DNA from: Dendrobates tinctorius
Taxonomy: Eukaryota
Length of the DNA stretch: 64,000 nucleotides
Direction of reading: 5' to 3'
NCBI RefSeq assembly: GCF_039654945.1
Contig: NW_027361696.1
Coordinates: 11,904,001-11,968,000 of the forward strand
A program made the position numbers and the translations under genes. The stretch's first letter is position 1. The number at the start of each line of letters is the position of its first letter. Below are positions 22,690 through 36,500 of the stretch, in pieces. Below the pieces are notes generated by a model, which did no database searches, was not told where the DNA came from, and worked only from the letters and a program-made list of their open reading frames with translations.

Positions 22690-25600
22690 CAGCCCCACAG
22701 TATCACAGGGGAGGATGAAATACACAGCCCAACAAGATCATAGGGGAGGATGAGATACACGGCCCAACAGTATCACAGGGGAGGATGAAATACACAGCCC
22801 AACAAGATCATAGGGGAGGATTAGATACACAGCCCAACAGTATCACAGGGGAGGATGAGATACACGGCCCAACAGTATCACTGGGGAGGATGAGATACAC
22901 GGCCCAACAAGATCATAGGGGAGGATGAGATACACGGCCCAACAGTATCACAGGGGAGGATGAGATACACGGCCCAACAGTATCACACAGGGGAGGATGA
23001 GATACACGGCCCAACAGTATCACAGGGGAGGATGAGATACACGGCCCAACAGTATCACACAGGGGATGAGATACACGGCCCAACAAGATCATAGGGGAGG
23101 ATGAGATACACGGCCCAACAGTATCACAGGGGAGGATGAGATACACGGCCCAACAGTATCACTGGGGAGGATGAGATACACGGCCCAACAAGATCATAGG
23201 GGAGGATTAGATACACAGCCCAACAGTATCACAGGGGAGGATGAAATACACAGCCCAACAAGATCATAGGGGAGGATTAGATACACAGCCCAACAGTATC
23301 ACAGGGGAGGATGAGATACACGGCCCAACAGTATCACTGGGGAGGATGAGATACACGGCCCAACAAGATCATAGGGGAGGATGAGATACACGGCCCAACA
23401 GTATCACAGGGGAGGATGAGATACACGGCCCAACAGTATCACACAGGGGAGGATGAGATACACGGCCCAACAGTATCACACAGGGGATGAGATACACGGC
23501 CCAACAAGATCATAGGGGAGGATGAGATACACGGCCCAACAGTATCACAGGGGAGGATGAGATACACGGCCCAACAGTATCACAGGGGAGGATGAGATAC
23601 ACGGCCCAACAGTATCACACGGGGAGGATGAGATACATGGCCCAACAAGATCATAGGGGAGGATGAGATACACAGCCCAACAAGATCATAGGGGAGGATG
23701 AGATACACAGCCCAATAGTATCACAGGGGAGGATGAGATACACGGCCCAACAAGATCACAGGGGAGGGTGAGATACACAGCCCAACAGTATCAGAGGGGA
23801 GGATGAGATACACGGCCCAACAGTATCAGAGGGGAGGATGAGATACACGGCCCAACAGTATCAGAGGGGAGGATGAGATACACGGCCCAACAAGATCATA
23901 GGGGAGGATGAGATACACAGCCCAACAGTATCACAGGGGAGGATGAGATACACGGCCCAACAGTATCACACAGGGGAGGATGAGATACACGGCCCAACAG
24001 TATCACAGGGGAGGATGAGATACACGGCCCAACAGTATCACAGGGGAGGATGAGATACACGGCCCAACAAGATCATAGGGGAGGATGAGATACACAGCCC
24101 AACAGTATCACAGGGGAGGATGAGATACACGGCCCAACAGTATCACACAGGGGAGGATGAGATACACAGCCCAACAAGATCACAGGGGAGGGTGAGATAC
24201 ACGGCCCAACAGTATCACAGGGGAGGATGAGATAAACGGCCCAACAGTATCACAGGGGAGGATGAGATACACGGCCCAACAGTATCACAGGGGAGGATGA
24301 GATACACGGCCCAACAAGATCACGGGAGGATGAGATACACGGCCCAAAAGTATCACACAGGGGAGGATGAGATACACGGCCCAACAAGATCATAGGGGAG
24401 GATGAGATACACAGCCCAACAAGATCATAGGGGAGGATGAGATACACAGCCCAACAAGATCATAGGGGAGGATGAGATACACAGCCCAACAAGATCATAG
24501 GGGAGGATGAGATACACGGCCCAACAAGATCATAGGGGAGGATGAGATACACAGCCCAACAAGATCATAGGGGAGAATGAGATACACAGCCCAACAAGAT
24601 CATAGGGTAGGATGAGATACACAGCCCAACAGTATCACAGGGGAGGATGAGATACACGGCCCAACAAGATCATAGGGGAGGATGAGATACACAGCCCAAC
24701 AGTATCACAGGGGAGGATGAGATACACGGCCCAACAGTATCACAGGGGAGGATGAGATACACGGCCCAACAGTATCACAGGGAGGATGAGATACACGGCC
24801 CAACAGTATCATAGGGGAGGATGAGATACACGGCCCAACAAGATCATAGGGGAGGATGAGATACACAGCCCAACAGTATCACAGGGGAGGAGGAGATACA
24901 CGGCCCAACAGTATCACAGGGGAGGAGGAGATACACGGCCCAACAAGATCAGGGGAGGATGAGATACACAGCCCAACAGTATCACAGGGGAGGATGAGAT
25001 ACACGGCCCAACAGTATCACAGGGGAGGAGGAGATACACGGCCCAACAGTATCACAGGGGAGGATGAGATACACGGCCCAACAAGATCAGGGGAGGATGA
25101 GATACACAGCCCAACAGTATCACAGGGGAGGATGAGATACACAGCCCAACAGTATCACAGGGGAGGAGGAGATACACGGCCCAACAGTATCACAGGGGAG
25201 GAGGAGATACACAGCCCAACAGTATCACAGGGGAGGATGAGATACACGGCCCAACAAGATCAGGGGAGGATGAGATACACAGCCCAACAGTATCACAGGG
25301 GAGGATGAGATACACGGCCCAACAGTATCACACAGGGAAGGATGAGATACACGGCCCAACAAGATCATAGGGGAGGATGAGATACACAGCCCAACAAGAT
25401 CATAAGGGAGGATGAGATACACAGCCCAACAGTATCACAGGGGAGGATGAGATACATGGCCCAACAGTATCACACAGGGGAGGATGAGATACACGGCCCA
25501 ACAAGATCATAGGGGAGGATGAGATACACGGCCCAACAGTATCACACAGGGGAGGATGAGATACACGGCCCAACAAGATCATAGGGGAGGATGAGATACA

Positions 25601-26956
25601 CAGCCCAACAAGATCATAGGGGAGGATGAGATACACAGCCCAACAAGATCATAGGGGAGGATGAGATACACGGCCCAACAAGATCATAGGGGAGGATGAG
25701 ATACACAGCCCAACAAGATCATAGGGGAGAATGAGATACACAGCCCAACAAGATCATAGGGGAGGATGAGATACACAGCCCAACAGTATCACAGGGGAGG
25801 ATGAGATACACGGCCCAACAAGATCATAGGGGAGGATGAGATACACAGCCCAACAGTATCACAGGGGAGGATGAGATACACGGCCCAACAGTATCACAGG
25901 GGAGGATGAGATACACGGCCCAACAGTATCACAGGGGAGGATGAGATACACGGCCCAACAGTATCATAGGGGAGGATGAGATACACGGACCAACAAGATC
26001 ATAGGGGAGGATGAGATACACAGCCCAACAGTATCACAGGGGAGGAGGAGATACACGGCCCAACAGTATCACAGGGGAGGAGGAGATACACGGCCCAACA
26101 AGATCAGGGGAGGATGAGATACACAGCCCAACAGTATCACAGGGGAGGATGAGATACACGGCCCAACAGTATCACAGGGGAGGAGGAGATACACGGCCCA
26201 ACAGTATCACAGGGGAGGATGAGATACACGGCCCAACAAGATCAGGGGAGGATGAGATACACAGCCCAACAGTATCACAGGGGAGGATGAGATACACAGC
26301 CCAACAGTATCACAGGGGAGGAGGAGATACACGGCCCAACAGTATCACAGGGGAGGAGGAGATACACGGCCCAACAGTATCACAGGGGAGGAGGAGATAC
26401 ACGGCCCAACAAGATCAGGGGAGGATGAGATACCCAGCCCAACAGTATCACAGGGGAGGATGAGATACACGGCCCAACAGTATCACACAGGGGAGGATGA
26501 GATACACGGCCCAACAAGATCATAGGGGAGGATGAGATACACAGCCCAACAAGATCATAAGGGAGGATGAGATACACAGCCCAACAGTATCACAGGGGAG
26601 GATGAGATACACGGCCCAACAAGATCATAGGGGAGGATGAGATACACAGCCCAACAGTATCACAGGGGAGGATGAGATTCACGGCCTAATAGTATCACAG
26701 GAGAGGATGAGATACACGGCTCAGCAGACAGTATCACACAGGAGAGGATTAGATACACAGCTCAGCAGACAGTATCACACAGGATAGGATTAGATACACA
26801 GCTCAGCAGTCAGTATCACACAGGAGAGGATTAGATACACGGCTCAGCAGTCAGTATCACACAGAAGAGGATTAGATACACGGCTCAGCAGTCAGTATCA
26901 CACAGGAGAGGATTAGATACACGGCTCAGCAGACAGTATCACACAGAAGAGGATTA
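22690..26956. repeat. ~35-bp minisatellite (ggggaggatgagatacacggcccaacagtatcaca) grading into a ~41-bp variant (ggagaggattagatacacggctcagcagacagtatcacaca)
   Basis: More than 100 highly homogeneous copies; 1155-bp internal duplication (near-identical ORFs at 24856 and 26011). Confidence 0.97.
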
Positions 26957-27314
26957 GGCTAAGTGCACACGCTGCGGATTGGTCTGCGGAATTTTATCTG
27001 CAGAACCTCAGGTAAAACCGCAGGTAAAATGAGCTGCGGTTTTACCAGCGGATTGGCCTGCGGTTTATCACCTCTACAATGGAGGAGATGGTAAACCGCA
27101 GCAGAATCCGCAGAAAAGAAGTGACATGTCATTTCTTTCTGCGGATTCAAAACCGCAGCTTTTCCGCAGTTAAAAATCCGCAGCATGTGCACAGCAGATT
27201 GTAAATCACATAGGATAACATGCTACTGTACACTGTCTGCAGTACTGCTGCAGTTCTGCTGCGGCCAAAACCGCAGCGGATCCGCAGCATAAACCGCAGC
27301 GTGTGCACATGGCC
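26957..27314. mobile_element. Harbinger-type MITE
   Basis: TTA|ggctaagtgcacacgctgcgg...ccgcagcgtgtgcacatggcc|TTA. Confidence 0.88.
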
Positions 27315-28014
27315 TTAGACAGGCTCAGACTGGCCCACAGGGTAACAGGGGAATCCCCTGGTGGGCCCCTGTGCAGATCTGGGCCCCCAACCCCACTATA
27401 TGGATAATACTTGGTATAATTCACTTGATTTACTCCGTACAGAAAAAAACAGCATCTCATCATTCATTAACCAAACTGCACAGCTTATTATATAGGGAAA
27501 TAGGTAAATTTGTGAATGAGGGTAGTGTAATATTTGTATACTGGTGAAAAGTGGGCCCTTGGCACCCCAGTCCGACACTGGGATTAGATACACGGCTCAG
27601 CAGACTATCACACAGGAGAGGATTAGATACACTGCTCAGCAGACATTATCACACAGGAGAAGATTAGATACACGGCTCATCCTTAAGGTTGTTTCCATAT
27701 CCGCGCTGGATGACGAGTTTCTTTGACTGTAACATGTGCACAAGACAAAGTGATGAGGAATGAAGACAGTGATCCCCAATGGGGTAGTGATGTCTGTACA
27801 GTGCTGCAGTATGTGATGGTGACATATAAGCACATATAAAAAATCTACAGGTTTCTACATTGGATTTTAGAAGTCACCGACAAATATAGAGGAACCCCCA
27901 TCAGCCGAATATAACAGGACCCCACCGTCCCTCAGCGTGGATCCTCCGGGGCAGCACATCAGCCCGTCTATACATGACCCAAAAAGTTCCCACTCAGAGT
28001 CACAGACCCCACAG

Positions 28015-30815
28015 AAACCCCGTTATCCCGCTGTAGGGAGCAGAGACCCCTGTTACCCCTCTGTAGGGAGCAGAGACCCCTGTTACCCCTCTGTAGGGAG
28101 CAGAGAACCTTGTTACCCCTCCGTAGGGAGCAGAGACCCCCGTTACCCCTCCGTAGGGAGCAGAGACCCCCGTTACCCCGCTGTAGGGAGCAGAGACCCC
28201 CGTTACCCCGCTGTAGGGAGCAGAGACCCCCATTACGCCCCTGTAGGGAGAAGAGACCCCGTTACCCTTCTGTAGCGAGTAGAGACCCCCGTTACCCCTC
28301 TGTAGGGAGCAGAGATTCCCATTACCCCTCTATAGGGAGCAGAGACTCCCGTTAACCCTTTGAAGGGAGCAGACACCCCCGTTACCCCACTGTATGGAGC
28401 AGAGATCCCCTTTACCTCTCTGTAGGGAGCAGAGACCTTCTTTACCCTACTGTAGGGAGCAGAGACCCCGTTTACCAATCTGTAAGTAGCAAAAACCCCT
28501 TAACCCCTCTGTAGGGAGCAGAGACCCCCGTTACTCCACTGTAGGGAGTAGAGACCCCCGTTACCTCTCTGTAGGGAGCAGAGACCCCTGTTACCTCTCT
28601 GTAGGGAGCAGACACCCCCATTACCCCTCTGTAAGGAGCAGACAACCCCTTCACCCCTCTGTAAGGAGCAGAGACCCCATTACCCGTCTGTAGGGAGCAG
28701 ACACCCCCGTTTCCCCACTGTATGGAGCAGAGACCCCTGGTATCCCTCTGTAGGGAGCAGAGACCCCGTCACCCCTCTGTATGGAGCAGACACCCCCATT
28801 ACCCCTCTGTAGGGAGCAGAGACCCCTGTTACCTGTCTGTAGGGAGCAGAGACCACCGTTACCCATCTGTAGGTAGCAGAGACCCCCGTTACTCTGCTGC
28901 AGGGAGCAGAGACCCCCCGTTACCCCTCTGTATGGAGCAGAGACACCCATTACCTGTCTGTAGGGAGAAGAGACCCCGTTACACGTCTGTAGGGAGCAGA
29001 GACTCCCATTACCTGTCTGTAGGGAGCAGAGATCTCCGTTACCTGTCTGTAGGGAGCAGAGACCCCAGTTACCTGTCTGTAGGAAGCAGAGACCCCCGTT
29101 ATGCCTCCGTAGAGAACAGAGACACCCATTACTATCACTGTACGGATCAGTGACGTCGTTAACCGTCTGTAGGGAGCAGAGACCCCATTACGCATCTGTA
29201 GGGAGCAGAGACTCCCATTACCTGTCTGTAGGGATAAGAGACCCCCGTTACCTATCTGTAGGGATCAGAGATCCCCGTTACCCCTCTGCAGGGAGCAGAG
29301 ACACCCATTACCTGCATGTACGGAGCAGAGACCCCGTTACACGTCTGTAGGGAGCAGAGACTCCCATTACCTGTCTGTAGGTAGCAGAGATCCCCGTTAC
29401 CCCTCTGTAGGGAGCAGAGATCCCATTACCTGTCTGTAGGGAGCAGAGACCTCGTTACCCCTCTGTAGAAAGCAGAGACATCTGCAAACACCTACAAACA
29501 GGTGTAGGGAGCAGAGACCCAAGTTACCTGTCTGTAGGAAGCAGAGACCCCCGTTACGCCTCCGTAGGGAACAGTGACACCCATTACTGTCACTGTACGG
29601 AGCAGTGACGTAGTTACCCATCTGTAGGGAGCAGAGACCCCGTTACGCATCTGTAGGGAGCAGAGACCACCGTTACCCATCTGTAGGTAGCAGAGACCCC
29701 CGTTACTCTGCTGCAGGGAGCAGAGACCCCCCCGTTACCCCTCTGTATGGAGCAGAGACACCCATTACCTGTCTGTAGGGAGAAGAGACCCCGTTACACG
29801 TCTGTAGGGAGCAGAGACTCCCATTACCTGTCTGTAGGGAGCAGAGATCTCCGTTACCTGTCTGTAGGGAGCAGAGACCCCAGTTACCTGTCTGTAGGAA
29901 GCAGAGACCCCCGTTATGCCTCCGTAGAGAACAGAGACACCCATTACTATCACTGTATGGATCAGTGACGTCGTTAACCGTCTGTAGGGAGCAGAGACCC
30001 CATTACGCATCTGTAGGGAGCAGAGACTCCCATTACCTGTCTGTAGGGATAAGAGACCCCCGTTACCTATCTGTAGGGATCAGAGATCCCCGTTACCCCT
30101 CTGCAGGGAGCAGAGACACCCATTACCTGCATGTACGGAGCAGAGACCCCGTTACACGTCTGTAGGGAGCAGAGACTCCCATTACCTGTCTGTAGGTAGC
30201 AGAGATCCCCGTTACCCCTCTGTAGGGAGCAGAGATCCCATTACCTGTCTGTAGGGAGCAGAGACCTCGTTACCCCTCTGTAGAAAGCAGAGACATCTGC
30301 AAACACCTACAAACAGGTGTAGGGAGCAGAGACCCAAGTTACCTGTCTGTAGGAAGCAGAGACCCCCGTTACGCCTCCGTAGGGAACAGTGACACCCATT
30401 ACTGTCACTGTACGGAGCAGTGACGTAGTTACCCGTCTGTAGGGAGCAGAGACCCCGTTACGCATCTGTAGGGAGCAGAGACTCCCATTACCTGTCTGTA
30501 GGGAGCAGAGACCCCTGTTACCTGTCTGTAGGGAGCAGAGATCCCCGTTACCCCTCTGTAGGGAGCAGAGATCCCCGTTACCCCTCTGTAGGGAGCAGAG
30601 ACCCCGTTACCCCTCTGTAGGGAGCAGAGACATCTGCAAACACCTACAAACAGGTGTAGGGAGCAGAGACCCCAGTTACCTGTCTGTAGGAAGCAGAGAC
30701 CCGCGTTACGCCTCCGTAGGGAACAGAGACCCCCATTACCGGTCTGTATGGAGCAGAGACCCCCGTTACCCCTCTGTAGGGAGCAGAGACCCTGTTACCT
30801 GTCTGTAGGGAGCAG
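28015..30815. repeat. 29-30-bp minisatellite (minus-strand unit tgctccctacagacaggtaacagggtctc) overlapping the LDLRAD2 exon 1 donor
   Basis: About 95 copies; 815-bp internal duplication (near-identical ORFs at 28950 and 29765). Confidence 0.97.
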
Positions 30816-30874
30816 GTGGGAGCCATGATCATCATCAGCAGACATAGCGGTGGTAGCGGCCGTGGCGTCCTCAT
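30799..30874 (-). CDS. LDLRAD2: LDLRAD2 exon 1 (signal peptide): MRTPRPLPPLCLLMMIMAPTCSLQT
   Basis: ATG with A at -3; basic N-terminus plus hydrophobic core; acag|gtaaca donor in phase 1 joins exon 2 as SLQT-V-SMVELCG, paralleling recalled human ALET-A-DLAELCG. Confidence 0.8.
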
Positions 30875-31099
30875 CCTGGCACCGCTCACAGTGACGGTAG
30901 CAGAGTCCAGCTCCTCGCTGAGTACAATGGACCCCACAAGTCGCTGCCGTCTGCAGGACGAGCCTCTTTGTTTTCAGGTTTTGTGTCTCATCGTCTCCAT
31001 GACAACCACAAGTGCAAGAGGGGTGTGAGGGTGAGTAGCCCACCCAATGCAGCCGCCTGTCACCGTCATCCTACAGCATGTCACTACTATAAGGACTTC

Positions 31100-33570
31100 G
31101 AACACGTCACCGCTCTAATACCGAACCGTGCAGGATATCACCGCTCTAATACAGAACCGTACAGGACGTCACCGCTCTAATGCCGAAACGTACAGGACGT
31201 CATCGCTCTAATACTGAAACGTACAGGACGTCACCGCTCTAATACCGAACCGTACAAGACGTCACCATTCTAATACCGAACAGCATCGACATCACGGGTC
31301 TAATGCCGAAAGGTACAGGACGTCATCACTCTTAATACCGAACCGTAAAGGATGTCACCGCTCTATTACCAAACTATACAGGATGTCACCGCTCTAATTC
31401 CGAACCGTACAGGACGTCACCGCTCTTAATACGGAATCGTACAGGATGTCACCGCTCTAATACCTAACGGCACCGATGTTACCGGTCTAATGCCAAAATG
31501 CACAGGATGTCATCGCTCTAATACCGAACCATACAAGACGTCACCACTCTAATACCAAACCGTAAAGGATGTCATCGCTCTAAGGCTGAGTGCACACGTT
31601 GCAGAAAATTTCTGCTCAAAAACCTGAATCCCTTCCCAGAAACCGCGGCGTTTTTGGCGCGGTTTTGATGCGTTTTTGATGCGTTTTTTCCACAGCGGTT
31701 TCAAACCGCATGGAAGAAGCCAAAACCGCGGAAACATTCGCAAAATTAATGAGCATGCTGCGTTTTTTACCGCGATGCGTTTTTTTCATGGTAAAAAACG
31801 CATCAATGTGCACAAAAAGTGCAAAATGCATAGAAATGACTGGGAAGCTTATTTTTAGCGGTTTTATAGTGAAAACCGCTGTAAAAACCGCTAAAAAAAC
31901 GCTGTGTGTGAACACAGCCGAACCATACAGGATGTCACCACTCTAATACAGAACCGTAAAGGATGTCATCGCTCTAATACCGAACCATACAGGACGTCAC
32001 TGCTCTAATACAGAACCGTAAAGGATGTCATCGCTCTAATACCGAACCATACAGGACGTCACCACTCTAATACCAAACCGTACAGGACGTCACCGTTTTA
32101 ATACCGAACCGTACAGAACGTTACCGCTCTAATACTGAAACGTCCAGGACGTCACCGTTCTAATACCGAACCGTACAGTCAATGCTCTAATACTGATCTG
32201 TAAAGGATGTCACCGCTCTAATACCAATCCGTACAGGACGTCACCGCTCTAATACAGAACCGTAAAGCATGTCACCGTTCTAATACCAAACTATACAGGA
32301 TGTCACGCTCTAATTCCTAACCGCACCGATGTTACTGGTCTAATGCCAAAATGCACAGGATGTCACCGCTCTAATACCGAACCATACAGGACGTCACCGC
32401 TCTAATACAGAATCGTAAAGGATGTCACCGCTCTAATACCGAATCACACAGGACGTCACCGCTCTAATACCACACCGAACAGGACGTCACCGCTTTAATA
32501 CCGAACTGTACAGAAAGTTACTGCTCTAATACTGAAACGTCCAGGACGTCACCGTTCTAATATCGAACCGTACAGTACTTCACTCTAATACTGATCCGTA
32601 CAGGACGTCACCGCTCTAATACAGAACCGTAAAGGATGTCACCGCTCTAATACCGAACCATACAGGACATCACCGCTCTAATACCGAACCGTACAGGGCG
32701 TCATCGCTCTAATACCAAACCGTACAGGACGTCACCGCTCTAATACCTAACTGTACAGGACGTCACCGTTCTAATCTCGAACCGTAAAGGTTGTCACCGC
32801 TCTAATACCAAACCGTAAAGGTTGTCACCGCTCTAATACCAAACCGTAAAGGTTGTCACCGCTCTAATACCAAACCGTATAGGTTGTCACCGCTCTAATA
32901 CTGAACCATACAGGACATCACCACTCTAATACCGAACCATACAGGATGTCACCACTCTAATATCGAACCGCACTGATGTCACTGCTCTAATACCAAACTG
33001 TACCGACGCCACCGTTCTAATACCGAACCATATAGGACTTCACCGCTTTAATATTAAACCATTCAGGACGTCACCGCTCTAATGCCAAACCGCACAGGAC
33101 GTCACCGCTCTAATACTAAACCGTATAAGGCGTCACCACTCTAATACCGAACCGTACAGGACGCCACCGCTCTAATACCAAACCGTATAGAACGTTTCCG
33201 CTCTAATACTGAACCATACAGGACGTCACCACTCTAATACCAAACCGTACAGGATGTCACCGCTCTAATACCGAACCGTAAAGGATGTCACCGCTCAAAT
33301 ACTAAATCGTACAGGACTTCACCGATCCAATACCGAACCGTACAGGACATCACCGCTCTAATACCGAACCGTAAAGGACATCACCGCTCTAATATTGAAC
33401 CGTACAGGACATCACCGCTCTAATACCGAACCGTGGAGGACATCACGCCTCTAATACCGAACCTTACAGGGCATCACGGCTCTAATACCGAACCGTACAG
33501 GACGTCACCGTTCTAATACCGATCTGCACAGGACGTCACCGTTCTAATATCGAACCGCACCGATGTCACT
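31100..33570. repeat. 31-bp minisatellite (ccgctctaataccgaaccgtacaggacgtca) directly upstream of LDLRAD2 exon 1
   Basis: About 65-70 copies, interrupted by a MITE. Confidence 0.97.
31584..31919. mobile_element. Harbinger-type MITE inserted in the 31-mer array
   Basis: taa|ggctgagtgcacacg...gtgtgaacacagcc; palindromic ccgcgg-rich interior. Confidence 0.75.
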
Positions 33571-33574
33571 GCCT

Positions 33575-36500
33575 TGCCTCCTTTTCTATCCCCGACCTCC
33601 AGCCTCTCCTTTTCCTCTGTCCCCAACCTCCAGTCTTTCCTCCTCTATCTCTGGCCTCCAGTCTCTCCTCCTCTATCCCCACCCTCCAGCCTCTTCTCTT
33701 CCTCTATCCTGAGCCTCTCCTCCTCTATCTCCAGCCTCTCCCACTCCTCTGTCATCGGTCTCCAGCCTCTCCTCCTCTATCTACTGGCCTCCAACATCTT
33801 CTCTATCCTCGGCCTCTAGCCTCTCCTGCCCCTCTATCCCAGCCTCCAGCCTTTCCTCCTGCTCCTCTATCTCTGGCCTCTAGAATCTCCTCTATCCCTG
33901 CCCTTCAGTCTCTCCTCCTATATCCCTGGCCTCCATTCTCTCCTCCTTCTCCTCTATTCCCAGCCACCAGCCCCTCCTTCTGCTCCTCTATCCCAGGCCT
34001 TCAGTCTCTCCTCCTTCTCAATTCACGGCCTCCAGCCTCTCGTCCTCCTCTATCTCCGGCCTCTAGCCTTCTCCTCTATCCTCGGCCTCCAGGCTTTGTC
34101 CTATCTCTCCTCCTCTATCCCTTGCCTCCAGGCTCATCTCATCCTCTATCCTCGGCCTCCAGCCTCTCCTTCTTTATCCTCGGCCTCCAGCCTCTTTTGC
34201 TGCTCCTTGATTCCCGGCCTCCAGCATCTTGTCCTCCTCTATCCCCGACTCCAGCCCCTTCTCCTCCTTTAGCCTGGCCTCCAACCTCTCCTTCCCCTCC
34301 TCTTTCCTTGGTCTCCAGCCTCTCCTCCCCCTCTATCCCCGGCCTTCAGTCTCTCCTCTTACATCTATCCCCAGACTCCAGACTCTCGTCCTCTGTCCCC
34401 GGCCTCAGTCTCTCCTCTATCACTGGTCTCCAGCCTCTCCTACTCCTTTATCCCCGGCCTCCAGCCTCTCTTCCTTCTCCTCTATTCTCGGCCTCCAGCC
34501 TCTCTTCCTGCTCCTCGATCACCGGCCTCCAGCGTCTTCTCTATCCCCGGCCTTCAGTCTGTCCTCCTCTATCAGCGGTCTCCAGCCTCTCATCCTCTAT
34601 CACCGGCCTCCAGCCTTTCCTCTTCTATCCCCGGCCTTCAGCCTCTTCTCCTCCTCTAGCCTGGCCTCCAGTGTCTCCTCCTCCTTTATCCCTGGCCTCC
34701 AGTCTCTACTCCTCCTCTATCCTTGGCCTCCAGCCTCTTCTCCTCCACTCTCCCCAGCCTCTTCTCTTCCTTTATCCCCGGCCCCTAGCCTTACCTCCTT
34801 TTCTATCCCCGGCCTCCACCCTCTCCTCTATCCCCGGCCTCCAGCCTCTCTTCCTCTATCACTGGCCTCCAGTCTCTCCTCCTCCTCTATCCCCAGCCTT
34901 ATATCTCTCCTCTTCCTCTATCCCCAGCCTTCAGCCTGTCCTCCTACTCCTCTATCCATGGCTTCCAACCTCTCCTCTATCCCTGGCTTCCAGCCTTTTC
35001 TCCTACTCTATCCCAGTCCTCCAGCCTCTCTTCTTCCTCTATCCTCGGCCTTCATTCAATCCTCCTCCTCTATCCCCTGGCCTCCAGCCTCTCTTCCTGC
35101 TCCTCTATCCCCAGCCTCCAGCCTATCCTTTTCTATCCCCGGCCTTCAGCCTCTTCTGCTTCTCAATCCCCAGCCTTTCCTTCTCCTCTATTCCCAGCTT
35201 CCAGCATTTCCTCCTCTTTTATCCCCGGCCTCCAGCCTCTATCCTCAACCTTCAGCCTCTCTTCCTCTATCCGTGGCCTCCAGTCTCTCCTCCTACTCCT
35301 CTATCCCCTGCCTCCAGCCTTTTCTCCTCCTTTATCCCCGGCCTCCAGCCTCTCTTACTCCTCTATTCCCAACCTTCAGCCTCTCCTCCTCCTCTATCCG
35401 AGGCCTCCAGCCTCTCTTTTCCCTCTCTCCTCGGCCTTGATCCAATCGTCCTCCTCTATCCCCGGCCTTCAGCCTCTCTTCCTGTCACTCTATCCCCATC
35501 TCCATTCCCTCCTCCCCTATCCCCAGCCTCTAACCTCTCTTCTATCTCTGGCCTCCAGGCTCTCCTCCTACTCCTCTATCCCCGACCTCCAGCCTCCTCC
35601 TCCTATATCCCCAGCCTCCATCCTCTCCTTCTTCTTCTCTATCTATGGCCTCCAGCCCCTCCTCCGGCTCCTCTATTCCTGGCCTCCAGTCTCTCCTTCT
35701 CAATCCTCGGCCTCCTGTCTTTTGTCCTCCTCTATCCTTGGCCTTCAGCCTCTCGTCCTCCTCTATCCTTGGCCTTTAGCCTCTCGCCCTTCTCTATCTC
35801 TAGCCTCGTCCTCCTCCTCTATCCCCGGCTTCCAGTCTCTACTCCTCTATCTTCGGCCTCCAGGCTCCCCTCCTCCTCTATCCCCTGCCACCAGCCTCTC
35901 CTCCTCTGACCTCAGCCTCCAGCCTTTCTTCCTTCTCCTCTATCCCTGGCCTACAGCCTCTCCATTTCTATCCCCGGCTTCCTACCTCTCCCCCTCCTCT
36001 TCTATATCCGGCCTCCAGTCTCTCCTCATCTATCCCTGGCCTCTCCTCCTCCTCTGTCCCCAGCCTCTCCTCTTATATCCCAGGCCTCCAGCCTCTTTCT
36101 CTCCTTTATTCACGACCACCTGTCTGTCCTCTTCCTCTATTAATGGGCTCCAGCCTCTCCTCCACCTCTATCCCCGGCCTCCAGACTCTTTTCCTCCTCT
36201 ATCCCCGGCCTCCAGCCTCTCCTCTTCCTCTATCCCTGGCCTCCAGCCTCTTTTCCTCCTCTATCCCTAGTCTCCAGCCTCTCCTCCTCTTTCTTCAACC
36301 TCTAGCCTCTCCCACTCCTCTATCCACAGCCTCTAGGCTTACTCCTCTATCCCCAGCATCCAGCTTCTCCTCTGTTCCCAGCCTCCAGTCTCTCCTCTAG
36401 CCTCGCCTCCAGCCTCTCCTCTATCCCAAGCCCCCAGCCTCTCCTAGTCCTCTGTCCCCGGCCTCCAGCCTCTCCTCCTCCTCTATCCCTGGCCTCCAGC

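Noticed and set aside
22690-33570. CRISPR-like arrays of 29-35 bp repeats
   Set aside because: Units are head-to-tail with no unique spacers, there are no cas genes, and the context is vertebrate
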